Shown: positions 38,996 to 48,769, counted from the first letter of the stretch. The stretch: DNA of 64,000 nucleotides from Candidatus Gottesmanbacteria bacterium (GCA_963809665.1 CAWEKC010000005.1:104392-168391), one strand, 5' to 3'. The notes: a model not told the origin generated them from the letters alone. Program-made: numbers and translations.

Positions 38996-39912
38996 AAGCG
39001 ACGGCGAAAGCGCCCGCAAACATCGCATTCATTAAATATTGGGGCAAGAAAAATGCCCGGTTACACCTGCCGTACAATGCCTCCATTTCGATGAACTTAA
39101 GCAAATGTACGACAACAACAACCGTAGAGTTTTCAGAGGATTTCGGAGAAGATGTAGTTTCTACGGGTTTCAATAAGAAAAGAATCATTGCGCATATTGA
39201 CCGGTTGCGGACATTAGCAGGCAACCGGCAAAAAGTACGTGTAACGACAAAAAATTCCTTCCCGACATCTGCCGGTATTGCGTCATCTGCGTCCGGATTT
39301 GCAGCGCTAACGATGGCAGCGGCCTCGGCGTTAGGATTAAAACTTTCCGAAAAGGAATTAACTGGTCTTGCGCGCCTCGGGTCCGGGTCCGCCTGCAGGA
39401 GTATTCCTGACGGATTTGTGAAGTGGGAGGACTCTTTTGCGTATTCGTTATACCCGCCGGAGTATTGGGACATACGGGATATTCTTCTCATTGTCGACAA
39501 GTCACAAAAACACGTGGCTTCTGCCTTGGGGCACGAGGGCGCAACTACAAGCCCGTATTTCGGCATGAGACTGGAGAGGCTGCTCGGTAGGATTGCGCGC
39601 ATAGAAGAAGCATTACGGAGGAAAAATTTTCAGGTATTCGGTGAGGTAACCGAGGAGGATTGCTTAGATATGCACCATGTCATGCAGACGCAGCAACCTC
39701 CGCTTATGTATTGGAATGATGCGACGAGGAAGATTATGAGTGATGTTATTGCCTGGAGAAAACAAGGAATATCCGCATACTTTACGATCGACGCCGGACC
39801 GAATGTACACCTGATTTGTGAAGGAAAAGACGAGAAACGTATTACGGATAAAATTGGAACTACATATCAAATTATTGTAAATAAGCCGGCACGGGGAGCG
39901 CACATTATATGA
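38992..39912 (+). CDS. mvaD: Diphosphomevalonate decarboxylase
   Basis: NIAFIKYWGK, GIASSASGFAAL, ARLGSGSACRS, FTIDAGPNVH. Confidence 0.93.
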   Translation: MKATAKAPANIAFIKYWGKKNARLHLPYNASISMNLSKCTTTTTVEFSEDFGEDVVSTGFNKKRIIAHIDRLRTLAGNRQKVRVTTKNSFPTSAGIASSASGFAALTMAAASALGLKLSEKELTGLARLGSGSACRSIPDGFVKWEDSFAYSLYPPEYWDIRDILLIVDKSQKHVASALGHEGATTSPYFGMRLERLLGRIARIEEALRRKNFQVFGEVTEEDCLDMHHVMQTQQPPLMYWNDATRKIMSDVIAWRKQGISAYFTIDAGPNVHLICEGKDEKRITDKIGTTYQIIVNKPARGAHII

Positions 39913-40580
39913 TTCCAAAACATATTGCCATAATTATGGACGGAAACCGACGGTGGGCCCGGGTGCACAATCTGCCGGTCCTTGAGGGGCACCGGCGCGT
40001 TGCCAATGAGGTGCTGGAAAAATTAGTGGAACACGCAGCGGCGCGCGGCGTGAAGTATCTGACATTTTGGGCGTTTTCCACGGAAAATTGGCATCGTGCA
40101 CCGGACGAGGTGAAAGGAATTATAACGATACTAAAGCAAAGTATCGGATATTTCGGCAAGCGGATGCATAAGAAAGGAGTGCGGTTATTGGCTATCGGAG
40201 ATCTTTCAGGGTTTGACAGCCAATTGCAGCGTTCTATTACGTCCGTAGTAGCGTTAACCCAACACAACAAGAAAATTACCGTCATCATCGCATTGAATTA
40301 CGGCGGAAGGGATGAAATTATCCGTGCGGTTAAGAAAATTACACGCCCTGATATGGTTACGGAAGAGGAAGTCTCGCACCTATTGGACACCCGCGGTATA
40401 CCTGATCCGGAATTACTCATACGGACCGGCGGCGAACAGCGCCTGAGCGGTTTTTTACCGTGGCAGAGTGTGTACAGTGAGCTCTATTTTCCAGCGTGGT
40501 ATATGCCTGATTTTACACCTCTACGATTAGACGAGGCGATTGAAGAGTATGCGCACCGGCATCGAAGATTTGGGAAATAA
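39909..40580 (+). CDS. uppS: Undecaprenyl/polyprenyl diphosphate synthase (cis-prenyltransferase)
   Basis: HIAIIMDGNRRWA, FSTENW, NYGGRDEI, IRTGGEQRLSGFLPWQ, RRFG. Confidence 0.96.
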   Translation: MIPKHIAIIMDGNRRWARVHNLPVLEGHRRVANEVLEKLVEHAAARGVKYLTFWAFSTENWHRAPDEVKGIITILKQSIGYFGKRMHKKGVRLLAIGDLSGFDSQLQRSITSVVALTQHNKKITVIIALNYGGRDEIIRAVKKITRPDMVTEEEVSHLLDTRGIPDPELLIRTGGEQRLSGFLPWQSVYSELYFPAWYMPDFTPLRLDEAIEEYAHRHRRFGK

Positions 40581-40583
40581 TTA

Positions 40584-40934
40584 CTAAGGGACTCTGGGAA
40601 AGACACTGTTTATGGATTCAAGCCCGAAGATGGTGCCGACAAGCTGGACAATCCAGTATGCGGCAAACACGATGAAAAACCCCACGATTGCATTTGTGAG
40701 CTGCTGTTTTCCCTGTTGCATTTTTTTTGCATCACCCGCGCTGGTTAAAAACGTATAGCCGGCGGAAATCAGCATGAGGAGTAATCCCAGTCCTGCAAAC
40801 GCCATTACTAAAGGAACTGCAGTAGAGAGAATGGCGCCGATGGTCGGGTTGGGTCCAGCTCCAGGAATATTGAGTGGGCCTTTTAGAGTGTTGCCGCCCG
40901 GCAGAGTTAAATTTTGTGCCAATAGGTTGTGCAT
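40584..40934 (-). CDS. VirB2/TrbC-like (T4SS) pilin
   Basis: AGYTFLTSAGDAKKMQQGKQQLTNAIVG. Confidence 0.85.
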   Translation of the reverse strand: MHNLLAQNLTLPGGNTLKGPLNIPGAGPNPTIGAILSTAVPLVMAFAGLGLLLMLISAGYTFLTSAGDAKKMQQGKQQLTNAIVGFFIVFAAYWIVQLVGTIFGLESINSVFPRVP

Positions 40935-40938
40935 ACTA

Positions 40939-42102
40939 TTATAAAAACCCAGGAATACCGAGGATAGTTACCCCGATAAGCCGCAATATAAATATTGAAA
41001 AGATTATAATGAGCAATCCCGTGATGGCGCTGGTGACCAGTTCTTTTCCGGCATTGAGTCTTTCCGGGTTTCCGCCGCTCATGAGTATCTGGAACCCACC
41101 GAAGAGAATGAGGAGAAACGCAATCCCGCCGCCGATACCCACCCCGATCCCGATAACTTGCCCAATGAAGGTGGCCGGATCAGTCGGGATGCATCCAAAA
41201 GCTGTCCACGCATGTAGCCCATCGGCCATGCACGCGTGACACGTATCAACGTTGGTTCCGGCAAATTCACAGACTTTGGTTGCTTGGTCAGAACTCGATT
41301 TTTTTACACAGCACCCGCTCGCCAGACATAGACCGATATCCCAGGCTTCATCCGGCAGTTTCTGATTGCAGTCTTGATTAGTCGTACAGACTCCTCTTCG
41401 ACCGTCACTTGTTTTGCAGGTTTGACCGAGGGTTGGCCTCTTTGTTTCCGGTGATCCAGGTCTGGCTGCGCAGCAGCCGGGTATTGCTGTAAGTTTATAC
41501 ACATCCATACATTGGTCAGGATCTGGATTAAAATTAATATTTGAATTATCTTTATTACACTCGGTAAAGAGTGAACATAACCCCGGCCAGCTTTCCGTCT
41601 TACTTATTATGAGCGTGCAGGTTTTTTGTCCTGTTGTGACGGGTTTTGTTGCGCAGCAGCCGCCTGCCTTACATGTTTTCCTGTCCCACACCCCATTATC
41701 CTGAAAGTCAATAACTAAGCAGTTAAACGTGTCTGTACAGATACCCGGCCATGTGTTTCCGGCGGTACATTTCTCACCAATGCCAGGCAACGCAGCATCG
41801 GGTGTTCCCGGTTTGATTCCGCAACAGCCGACGGGGTATCCCTTATCCGGATTCTCATCAGGCATGCATGTTGTGACTGCCGAATCCCATTTTCTATTGC
41901 CGCTTGATACGATACAATCCTGTTTTATTACACACTGTCCTGACCAGGCAGGGTCGTTGATGGTGGTACAAGGATCCCCAACGTGTTCATATTTTTGACC
42001 TGGTCCATACGGATCGGCTGCATGTGCTTTTGTCGCGAGCATTCCAAAAATTCCGGTGGCTAAAATGAAGAATAAGGAGGTCAGAATAACCTTTTTAAGC
42101 AT
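40939..42102 (-). CDS. T4SS pilin fused to four N-terminal six-cysteine modules
   Basis: Signal peptide, 4x C..GxC.....C...C...CC, then WTAFGCIPT and GGFQILMSGGNPERLNAGKELVTSAITGL. Confidence 0.8.
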   Translation of the reverse strand: MLKKVILTSLFFILATGIFGMLATKAHAADPYGPGQKYEHVGDPCTTINDPAWSGQCVIKQDCIVSSGNRKWDSAVTTCMPDENPDKGYPVGCCGIKPGTPDAALPGIGEKCTAGNTWPGICTDTFNCLVIDFQDNGVWDRKTCKAGGCCATKPVTTGQKTCTLIISKTESWPGLCSLFTECNKDNSNINFNPDPDQCMDVYKLTAIPGCCAARPGSPETKRPTLGQTCKTSDGRRGVCTTNQDCNQKLPDEAWDIGLCLASGCCVKKSSSDQATKVCEFAGTNVDTCHACMADGLHAWTAFGCIPTDPATFIGQVIGIGVGIGGGIAFLLILFGGFQILMSGGNPERLNAGKELVTSAITGLLIIIFSIFILRLIGVTILGIPGFL

Positions 42103-42156
42103 ACGATATAAGTGTATCAAACATTTTTGTTAAACGCACGTGGTAAAATAGGAAGA

Positions 42157-43863
42157 ATGAGAAAAATACTCCTCATATGCATGCTTCTTGCCGTATATTT
42201 TTTAACAGCCCCCCTGGTGTTTGCGCAGGAGTGTGATGCATCCAATATTTCTTCGATGAACTTGTCGGCACTTTCGGATATGGGCAACAAATGTCAGGAA
42301 GCGCTCAACAATCTTCAGAATGCGCTCAAGCCTAATGTTGACCAGCTCAACAAGATGAACGCAGCGATTGCCGCATTTGAGGCGCGCATCAAAACCATCG
42401 AAGCAGACGTGGCAGTAAAAACGCAGGAGATTGCCGTCGGCGAGCAGGAACTGGAGGCATCATTGACGCTGGCCAGTGAACGGATACGGCAGTTTTACAT
42501 GCGCAGTTATTCACTCAACCCTATGTATTTACTGCTTTCTTCCACAAATATCGGTTCGGTACTGCGGACGCTCGGGTATCAGCAGGCGGCAGTCAATGAG
42601 GATAAGAAAATCATTACCCAGACCGCCCTCACGGTGAAGGATCTCGAGGATAAAAAAAAGGCGCTGGAGGATGAGAAAACCACACTCGCCGCACTGAAAG
42701 CAGATACGGACAAAAGAGCAGAATCCGTCCGTAAACTTGTTGCAGAAGCGACCGCATACGAGAATAAATTACAGGGTGTTATATCTGCCGTGACGGCCGC
42801 CCAGCAGGCAATTCTGAATGCCCGCGGCGGCACGTTTACCACCAGTCTCGGTGACGTTCCTCTTGCGGATGATCCCAATGCGGCACCGAATTACAATCCG
42901 GGATTTTCCCCCGCGTTCGCCGGTTTTTCTTTCGGTGCGTATACGCACAAGAAAGGAATGAGCCAGTACGGCGCTAAAGGCAGGGCCCAACAGGGACAAA
43001 ACGCCAACCAGATTTTGCAGGCGTATTACGGGAAAACCCCCGTCAATAAGGATACCGGGGGAGACATCAGTGTTTCGGGGTTCGGTAACATGAATTTTGA
43101 GGACAGATATCTTATGGGTATTGCAGAAATGCCGTCAAGTTTTCCGAAAGAAGCGCTCAGGGCACAAGCTGTTGCGGCCAGAACATATGCATATCGTTAT
43201 AAAACACAGGGACAAACAATTTGTACGACACAAGCATGTCAGGTATTTTCCAGCTCAAAAGCGGATAATCCTCCGGGTGAGTGGAAAGATGCGGTTCAGA
43301 GTACGCGGGGACAGGTGATTGAGGATGTTGTGACGTATTATTCTTCAACAACAGGCGGGTATTTACTTACAATGGGATGGGATACAACGTGCGGCGGACA
43401 GGGGTGCTGGACCAGCGGCGCGTATGAAAGCATTGCCGGTTCCCCCTGGTTTTATAAAGGATGGTATACGTCGGATTACTACAACGATTCCGCCAAGTGC
43501 GGAAAAAGCAGCCCGTGGCTGACCCAGGAAGAATTCGCGGATATTTTGAACGCATGGCGTGTACTCAATAGCGGCGGCGATGCATCGCGCGTGTTGCCCA
43601 TAACATTGAATAGTTGCTCGATTTCCGGAGCTACCGGAAATCCATTTTCTATGGCAGAGATGCGCGCTGAAGCCGACGGGCACGGAGGTGCGTTCACAAG
43701 CGTTTCTTCTGTATCGGTCACCTATAGTACGGAGGGATATACCAATGCGGTTATAGTGAACGGCCAATCGATTCCGGGGGATCAATTTAAACAGGCATTT
43801 AATTTACGTGCCCCCGGCTATATTTCAATCAGGAGTTCTCTTTATAATATCGAGAAAAAATAG
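42157..43863 (+). CDS. Coiled-coil plus SpoIID/LytB-domain peptidoglycan hydrolase
   Basis: Signal peptide, long coiled coil, GMSQYGA, YLMGIAEMPSSF..EALRAQAVAARTY, ICTTQACQV. Confidence 0.85.
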   Translation: MRKILLICMLLAVYFLTAPLVFAQECDASNISSMNLSALSDMGNKCQEALNNLQNALKPNVDQLNKMNAAIAAFEARIKTIEADVAVKTQEIAVGEQELEASLTLASERIRQFYMRSYSLNPMYLLLSSTNIGSVLRTLGYQQAAVNEDKKIITQTALTVKDLEDKKKALEDEKTTLAALKADTDKRAESVRKLVAEATAYENKLQGVISAVTAAQQAILNARGGTFTTSLGDVPLADDPNAAPNYNPGFSPAFAGFSFGAYTHKKGMSQYGAKGRAQQGQNANQILQAYYGKTPVNKDTGGDISVSGFGNMNFEDRYLMGIAEMPSSFPKEALRAQAVAARTYAYRYKTQGQTICTTQACQVFSSSKADNPPGEWKDAVQSTRGQVIEDVVTYYSSTTGGYLLTMGWDTTCGGQGCWTSGAYESIAGSPWFYKGWYTSDYYNDSAKCGKSSPWLTQEEFADILNAWRVLNSGGDASRVLPITLNSCSISGATGNPFSMAEMRAEADGHGGAFTSVSSVSVTYSTEGYTNAVIVNGQSIPGDQFKQAFNLRAPGYISIRSSLYNIEKK

Positions 43864-43875
43864 TACACTAGTGCT

Positions 43876-44514
43876 GTGCCGACTATATTTGCATCACCGG
43901 ATAAAAGCGCTCCAAAAGACAGATACTTCTCCCCATCGAAGCTACCGTCCACCGTGATGAATCCACTGACTGCTTTTGCCGTTAACCCCGCGCATCTGCG
44001 GTTTGAAACCCAGGAAGATACGGAAAAAGTCATCCTTTTTTTACGGCAGCATTTCATCGTCAACGTGCCGTGGATTGTATTAACCGTACTTCTTTTGATT
44101 TCACCAACCGTTATTTTCCCCATATTATTCCGCGCATTGAGCCTGAATATGTCACTACCCGCCTCCTATTATGTCGTTGGCGCCATGTTTTGGTACCTCG
44201 CGACATTCGGGTTTGCTCTTTCCAGTTTCATCGGGTGGTTTTTTAACATATACATCGTGACGAATGAACGGATCATTGATATCGATTTTTTTTATTTATT
44301 GTATAAAAAGTTTTCGCAGGCGGAATTGATAAAAATTCAGGATATTAATTACACCAGTGGCGGAATTTTGGCAGCGATGCTTAATTTCGGGAATGTCGTT
44401 GTTGAGACCGCGGGAGAAGCTCCCAATATTGACTTTGAACTTATCCCGTTCCCTGAAAAAGTCGTGGAAACCATCCGCGGGCTTACAGATAAAGAGACTG
44501 GAGGATCCGTATGA
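43876..44514 (+). CDS. Membrane protein with bacterial PH domain
   Basis: EKVILFLRQH, 2 TMs, IVTNERIID, KIQDI, NFGNVVVETAG. Confidence 0.8.
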   Translation: MPTIFASPDKSAPKDRYFSPSKLPSTVMNPLTAFAVNPAHLRFETQEDTEKVILFLRQHFIVNVPWIVLTVLLLISPTVIFPILFRALSLNMSLPASYYVVGAMFWYLATFGFALSSFIGWFFNIYIVTNERIIDIDFFYLLYKKFSQAELIKIQDINYTSGGILAAMLNFGNVVVETAGEAPNIDFELIPFPEKVVETIRGLTDKETGGSV

Positions 44515-44732
44515 CGCCGCTTGCAGTTCCGTCGTACGTTCTCATGACCCTGAAGATTTTCAGTATAGTAGGGCTTCTTCTCTATGCAGTTTTTGCCGGC
44601 GTACTTGTGCGCCAGGAACAGCTGATGGCGCATGTCCTGGAAGAACAGTTTCAACCGATCATCCGCGCGCTGGTGGTCGTTCACCTCGGGGCAACTCTCA
44701 TCGTTCTTCTGATGGCAATTATTGTTTTGTAA
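44511..44732 (+). CDS. Small two-TM membrane protein
   Basis: LYAVFA.VLVRQ..LM pattern; ATGA overlap with the upstream gene. Confidence 0.7.
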   Translation: MTPLAVPSYVLMTLKIFSIVGLLLYAVFAGVLVRQEQLMAHVLEEQFQPIIRALVVVHLGATLIVLLMAIIVL

Positions 44733-44770
44733 TAATTCTCCCTTCCGCCCCGTCGTGCTAAGATAAAGAT

Positions 44771-46570
44771 ATGCATGTAAAACCCGTGGTGGGATCCGTC
44801 GTGGGACCGACGAGCGTTACCCATTGGGCACAGATACTTCAGCTGCCAAACGCTTATGGCGTCGTCGAGGTTGCTTTCGCCGACGGTGCCGCACGGGCTG
44901 CAGGAATTCACATTTTAAGCAGCTTAAGTCAACAATTAACGGATAGTCCCGTCAGTCTCAAAGCACTTTCCCGGGTTGTAGGGGATGCGATGGGTGACGG
45001 GGTGCGCACGATTGTCGTGGCGGTCCCGGTTGGTAACATTCTGTATATCGCCCTTCGTGGCGAAGGACACGTGTATCTGAGGCGCGGACAGGAATTTGCC
45101 GTACTTCTGTCTGGATCCGGGGAGATTTCGGGTGAGGTGAAAACCGGTGACACACTGTTGTTGACTTCCGCGGAATTTTCAAAAACGCTGCATCAGGAGG
45201 AACTCACAGGAGTGTTTGATCATTTGCCTCCCTCCGACGTAGCCGAACGCCTGACGCTACTTTTACATGAAAAAGAGTATGGAGAAGGGAGCGCGGCGTT
45301 GATTTTGCAGATAAATGATCTTGATGAAACAGAGATACCGGATACGAAAGTTCAGGGGGCACCGGTACCCAACGTTAAAAAAACCCTACAAACGCTTACG
45401 CACCTGCGGCGGTATGTGTCCCCGATGTACATAAAATCTGCCGTACGCCGCGCCAGGGCTCACCCCAAAAAAGCAACTGCGGTATTGACAATCGCTCTTC
45501 TGGCGGTATTCGGTATCAGCGTTCTGCTGGGGGTCGCCAAACAGTCAACGCGGATAAAAAATCAGTCAGTCATAAATACGTTAAACGATGCGCAACACGC
45601 ATTGGATGAAGGAGCGGCGCTCGCGTCGCTCAATCCGGTGAAGGGCCGTGAGCGTTTGGTTACTGCCAAGCAATTATTAGAGCCTCTGCGTACGTCTATT
45701 CCAGCCCGAAGTGCTGAGGGGGTGCAGGTGGCCTTACTCTACCGCCAGGTGACGGACAATCTGACTCAGTCCATGCAGATATATTCTGTGAAGCCGGAAC
45801 TGTTTTTCGATGCGGGACTCGTGAAGAAAGACGGAAAAGTATCCGCAATCGGTTTTGAAGTGAGTGAGATGGGAATTGTGGACAAGGCCACCAACACCGT
45901 CTATGCGCTTGATGTGACCAGTAAAAACGCTCAGGTTCTCGGCGGAGGCACCAACTACGCAGGACTTTCGTATGTGGCGATTCACGGGACTGACGTGTAT
46001 GTATTGACGGATTCCGGCGTACATATGGTCGGGTTAACGGATAAACAAACGACGGTAAATGTTGTGAAAAAAGATCCGCAGTGGGGAACTATCGGCGCTC
46101 TTGTTTCATTCGGGGGCAATCTGTATTTACTCGATACGCAAAAAAGTCGTATCTGGAAATATGTGGCAACCGAAACCGGATTTTCCGATATCCGCGAATA
46201 CCTCAATCCCGATACGTTTCCTGATTTGGGGACAGCCACGAGCTTATCCATTGACGGATCGGTTTGGATCGGGACTGCAGGCGGAAAAATTATGAAATTC
46301 ACCCAGGGGAGACCGGACACGTTTACTCCACAGGGCGTCGATCCTGCTTTCGGGGAAAATCTGAATGTCTACACCAGCGACACAACGACAAACCTGTATG
46401 TTCTGGACGGGCAAAACAAACGCGTTGTGGTCCTTGATAAAGACGGGACGTATCTTGCCCAATACGCGTGGCAGGAAAATATTATCCCCACCCAGATCGC
46501 AGTCTCCGAGGAACAGAAGAAAATATACCTTTTGGCAGCAGGCCAACTCTTCGCTATTCCCTTAAAATGA
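44771..46570 (+). CDS. Single-pass protein: degenerate PP2C-like N-domain, TM, helical stalk, beta-propeller
   Basis: G.VYLRRG, GDTLLLTS pattern; TM near aa 240-255; NLYLLD..KSRIWKY, SIDGSVW, LYVLD...KRVVVLDK repeats. Confidence 0.7.
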   Translation: MHVKPVVGSVVGPTSVTHWAQILQLPNAYGVVEVAFADGAARAAGIHILSSLSQQLTDSPVSLKALSRVVGDAMGDGVRTIVVAVPVGNILYIALRGEGHVYLRRGQEFAVLLSGSGEISGEVKTGDTLLLTSAEFSKTLHQEELTGVFDHLPPSDVAERLTLLLHEKEYGEGSAALILQINDLDETEIPDTKVQGAPVPNVKKTLQTLTHLRRYVSPMYIKSAVRRARAHPKKATAVLTIALLAVFGISVLLGVAKQSTRIKNQSVINTLNDAQHALDEGAALASLNPVKGRERLVTAKQLLEPLRTSIPARSAEGVQVALLYRQVTDNLTQSMQIYSVKPELFFDAGLVKKDGKVSAIGFEVSEMGIVDKATNTVYALDVTSKNAQVLGGGTNYAGLSYVAIHGTDVYVLTDSGVHMVGLTDKQTTVNVVKKDPQWGTIGALVSFGGNLYLLDTQKSRIWKYVATETGFSDIREYLNPDTFPDLGTATSLSIDGSVWIGTAGGKIMKFTQGRPDTFTPQGVDPAFGENLNVYTSDTTTNLYVLDGQNKRVVVLDKDGTYLAQYAWQENIIPTQIAVSEEQKKIYLLAAGQLFAIPLK

Positions 46571-46585
46571 CGTAAAATAGGGCCA

Positions 46586-47029
46586 ATGAAGATTTTCAAT
46601 AAGAAAGCCACGTTTGAATACGAGATCCTGGAACGATTTGAGGCCGGGGTTAATCTGACGGGTGCTGAGGTGAAATCCATAAAAGGGGGCCACGCACAGC
46701 TGACCGGCGCGTTTGTGCGGATTATCGGAAGTGAGGCGTACCTCGTCAACGCCCAGATTTTCCCCTATATTTATGCCCGTCCTGAAGGGTATGAGTCCAA
46801 ACGGACTCGCAAACTCCTGCTTCACAAATCCGAACTCATCAGGCTCAAAAGCAAGCTGGACGGCGCTAATTTGACCCTGATACCCCTCTCTTGGTATACT
46901 AAAGGCCCCCTAGTGAAGCTCGAAGTTGGCCTTGCGCGCGGTAAAAAAGAGTATGAGAAACGCGAGGCTAAGCGCAGGGAAGATCTGAAAATAGAACTAG
47001 AGCGGGATTATAGGGGGAAAGTAAAATAA
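46586..47029 (+). CDS. smpB: SsrA-binding protein
   Basis: NKKA.FEY.I..RFEAG..LTGAEVKS, RTRKLLLHK, LARGKKEYEKRE. Confidence 0.97.
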   Translation: MKIFNKKATFEYEILERFEAGVNLTGAEVKSIKGGHAQLTGAFVRIIGSEAYLVNAQIFPYIYARPEGYESKRTRKLLLHKSELIRLKSKLDGANLTLIPLSWYTKGPLVKLEVGLARGKKEYEKREAKRREDLKIELERDYRGKVK

Positions 47030-47030
47030 T

Positions 47031-47416
47031 GGGGACGTACAAGATTCGACAGTCCGAAGTTCTTTAACATTGCAGGCCGACTTTGACTTTAGAGTCGTTA
47101 AACACAGAGTCAAAAACTAAATGCTGAAGCTGAACAAGCAGAAGCTGCCTTCTACGCACGAAATTTTGCATTCGCAAGATTGAACGCGTAACGGCCATCT
47201 CTCGAATGTTTCTTCAGTGACGTTCCTGAGGTGTAAACAAAGCTGAGGTGCAGCTATACGGGTTCGACGTTCCTGTATAGTGAAGTCAATACGTCTTAAT
47301 CCCGCCATTCACTTGTCAATCAGCGAGGGCGGGATGACAATTAAAGATTGACTACGCCTGTAGATATGTTTCGGGACATCGCTCTGGACGAGAGCTCACT
47401 ACTCTCCGTCTCCACC
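47031..47416 (+). ncRNA. ssrA: tmRNA; tag frame 47123-47191 reads AEAEQAEAAFYARNFAFARLNA*
   Basis: GGGGACG...GATTCGAC 5' end 1 nt after smpB; acceptor GGGGACG/CGTCTCC with G3.U70 then ACC; TAAAT-GCT resume site. Confidence 0.92.
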
Positions 47417-47438
47417 CTTCGCTCCTCCTGTATGATAG

Positions 47439-48107
47439 ATGCAGGAGGAGATTTTTGTGGCAATTTTAGATTTTATTTTCCCCAAACGGTGCGTCGGTTG
47501 CGGGAGGATCGGAAAATATTTTTGTACGACGTGCCGGCATTCAATCCGGATTATCCAACCCAACGAACGGACATGCCCAATGTGTGGCAGATTGGCGTTT
47601 GAGGGCATTACCCATCCGTATTGTCGAACACGATATTCAATTGACGGACTTACTAGTTTTTTCCATTACGACGGGCCGGTGCGGAGTGCAATAAAAGCGA
47701 TTAAATACCGTTTAGTTTCGGATCTTGCGGAGGAATTTATCAGTCTTATTCCACGAACCGATTTTAAAAACCATATAGTGGTACCAATACCCTTACATCC
47801 GAACCGTTTCCGTGATCGCGGATTTAATCAGGCGGAAGTTTTGGGAACTATCCTTGCAAAATGGTTGAACTTAACCCTGCGAACTGATATTCTTCGGCGG
47901 GTTAAGGAAACAGCGCCGCAGGCTTTTATCAAGAAACGGGCCAACCGGCTTGAAAACATGAAAAATATTTTTAACTGTAAAAAATTATCCGGTAATATCC
48001 TTCTCTTCGATGACGTATTTACGACAGGTGCGACCAGGAGGAGTGCGGCAGCTGTGGTAAAGCGGTCTGGAGCCCGGTGCGTTTGGGCTGTTTTTATGGC
48101 CAGATAA
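47439..48107 (+). CDS. comF: ComF-family double zinc ribbon/phosphoribosyltransferase
   Basis: FPKRCVGC...C..C, VPIPLH, RGFNQA, LFDDVFTTGAT. Confidence 0.9.
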   Translation: MQEEIFVAILDFIFPKRCVGCGRIGKYFCTTCRHSIRIIQPNERTCPMCGRLAFEGITHPYCRTRYSIDGLTSFFHYDGPVRSAIKAIKYRLVSDLAEEFISLIPRTDFKNHIVVPIPLHPNRFRDRGFNQAEVLGTILAKWLNLTLRTDILRRVKETAPQAFIKKRANRLENMKNIFNCKKLSGNILLFDDVFTTGATRRSAAAVVKRSGARCVWAVFMAR

Positions 48108-48108
48108 T

Positions 48109-48747
48109 ATGAATAAGATAGTTGTTATTGTAGGAGGCGGAACGTTTTCAAAAAAATATCTGGGGATGATGAGGCCTCAGGATTATGTCATCGGGGTTGA
48201 CCGGGCGGCCTATTGGCTTATCCGGCAGGGGCGAAGACCCGATATCGCCATCGGTGATTTTGATTCCGTAACAGAAGAAGAGTTCTCGTTTATCAAAAAA
48301 TCCGTTCCGGTTATGAAGCAATTTCCGAAAAATAAGGACCAGACGGATATGGAACTTGCCGTATTGCACGCGATTGAAAAGAGGGCAACGGATGTGCTGA
48401 TATACGGCGGGACGGGGAGCAGGCTGGATCATACGTTTGTCACGTGGCAGTTGCTGGAATTGTTATTAACCGCCCGAATACAGCATCAATTGGTTAATGA
48501 AACCAACCGCGTCCGGATGGTGGATAAAGGTCGCACAATATTGGTTTCCGGGGGAGAGTACAAATATGTATCGGTTATTCCCTATACGGCAACAATTTCA
48601 CTCACTTTATCCGGATTTATATATAATTTACCTAAAACAACACTTCTACGCGGCACCACACGCGGCATCAGCAATGAGATCGCCGGCAGGCAGGCCCGGA
48701 TTACTATTTATTCAGGGAAAGCGTGGGTCGTGGAGAGTAACGACTGA
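48109..48747 (+). CDS. thiN: Thiamine diphosphokinase
   Basis: GVDRAA, IGDFDS, KDQTDMELA, GGTGSRLDH, GISNEI. Confidence 0.93.
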   Translation: MNKIVVIVGGGTFSKKYLGMMRPQDYVIGVDRAAYWLIRQGRRPDIAIGDFDSVTEEEFSFIKKSVPVMKQFPKNKDQTDMELAVLHAIEKRATDVLIYGGTGSRLDHTFVTWQLLELLLTARIQHQLVNETNRVRMVDKGRTILVSGGEYKYVSVIPYTATISLTLSGFIYNLPKTTLLRGTTRGISNEIAGRQARITIYSGKAWVVESND

Positions 48748-48769
48748 TTTGGGGTATAATACGCACCAC

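Noticed and set aside
47255-47280. GGGTTCGAC hairpin as a hidden tRNA half
   Set aside because: Lies inside the tmRNA body with no matching acceptor stem
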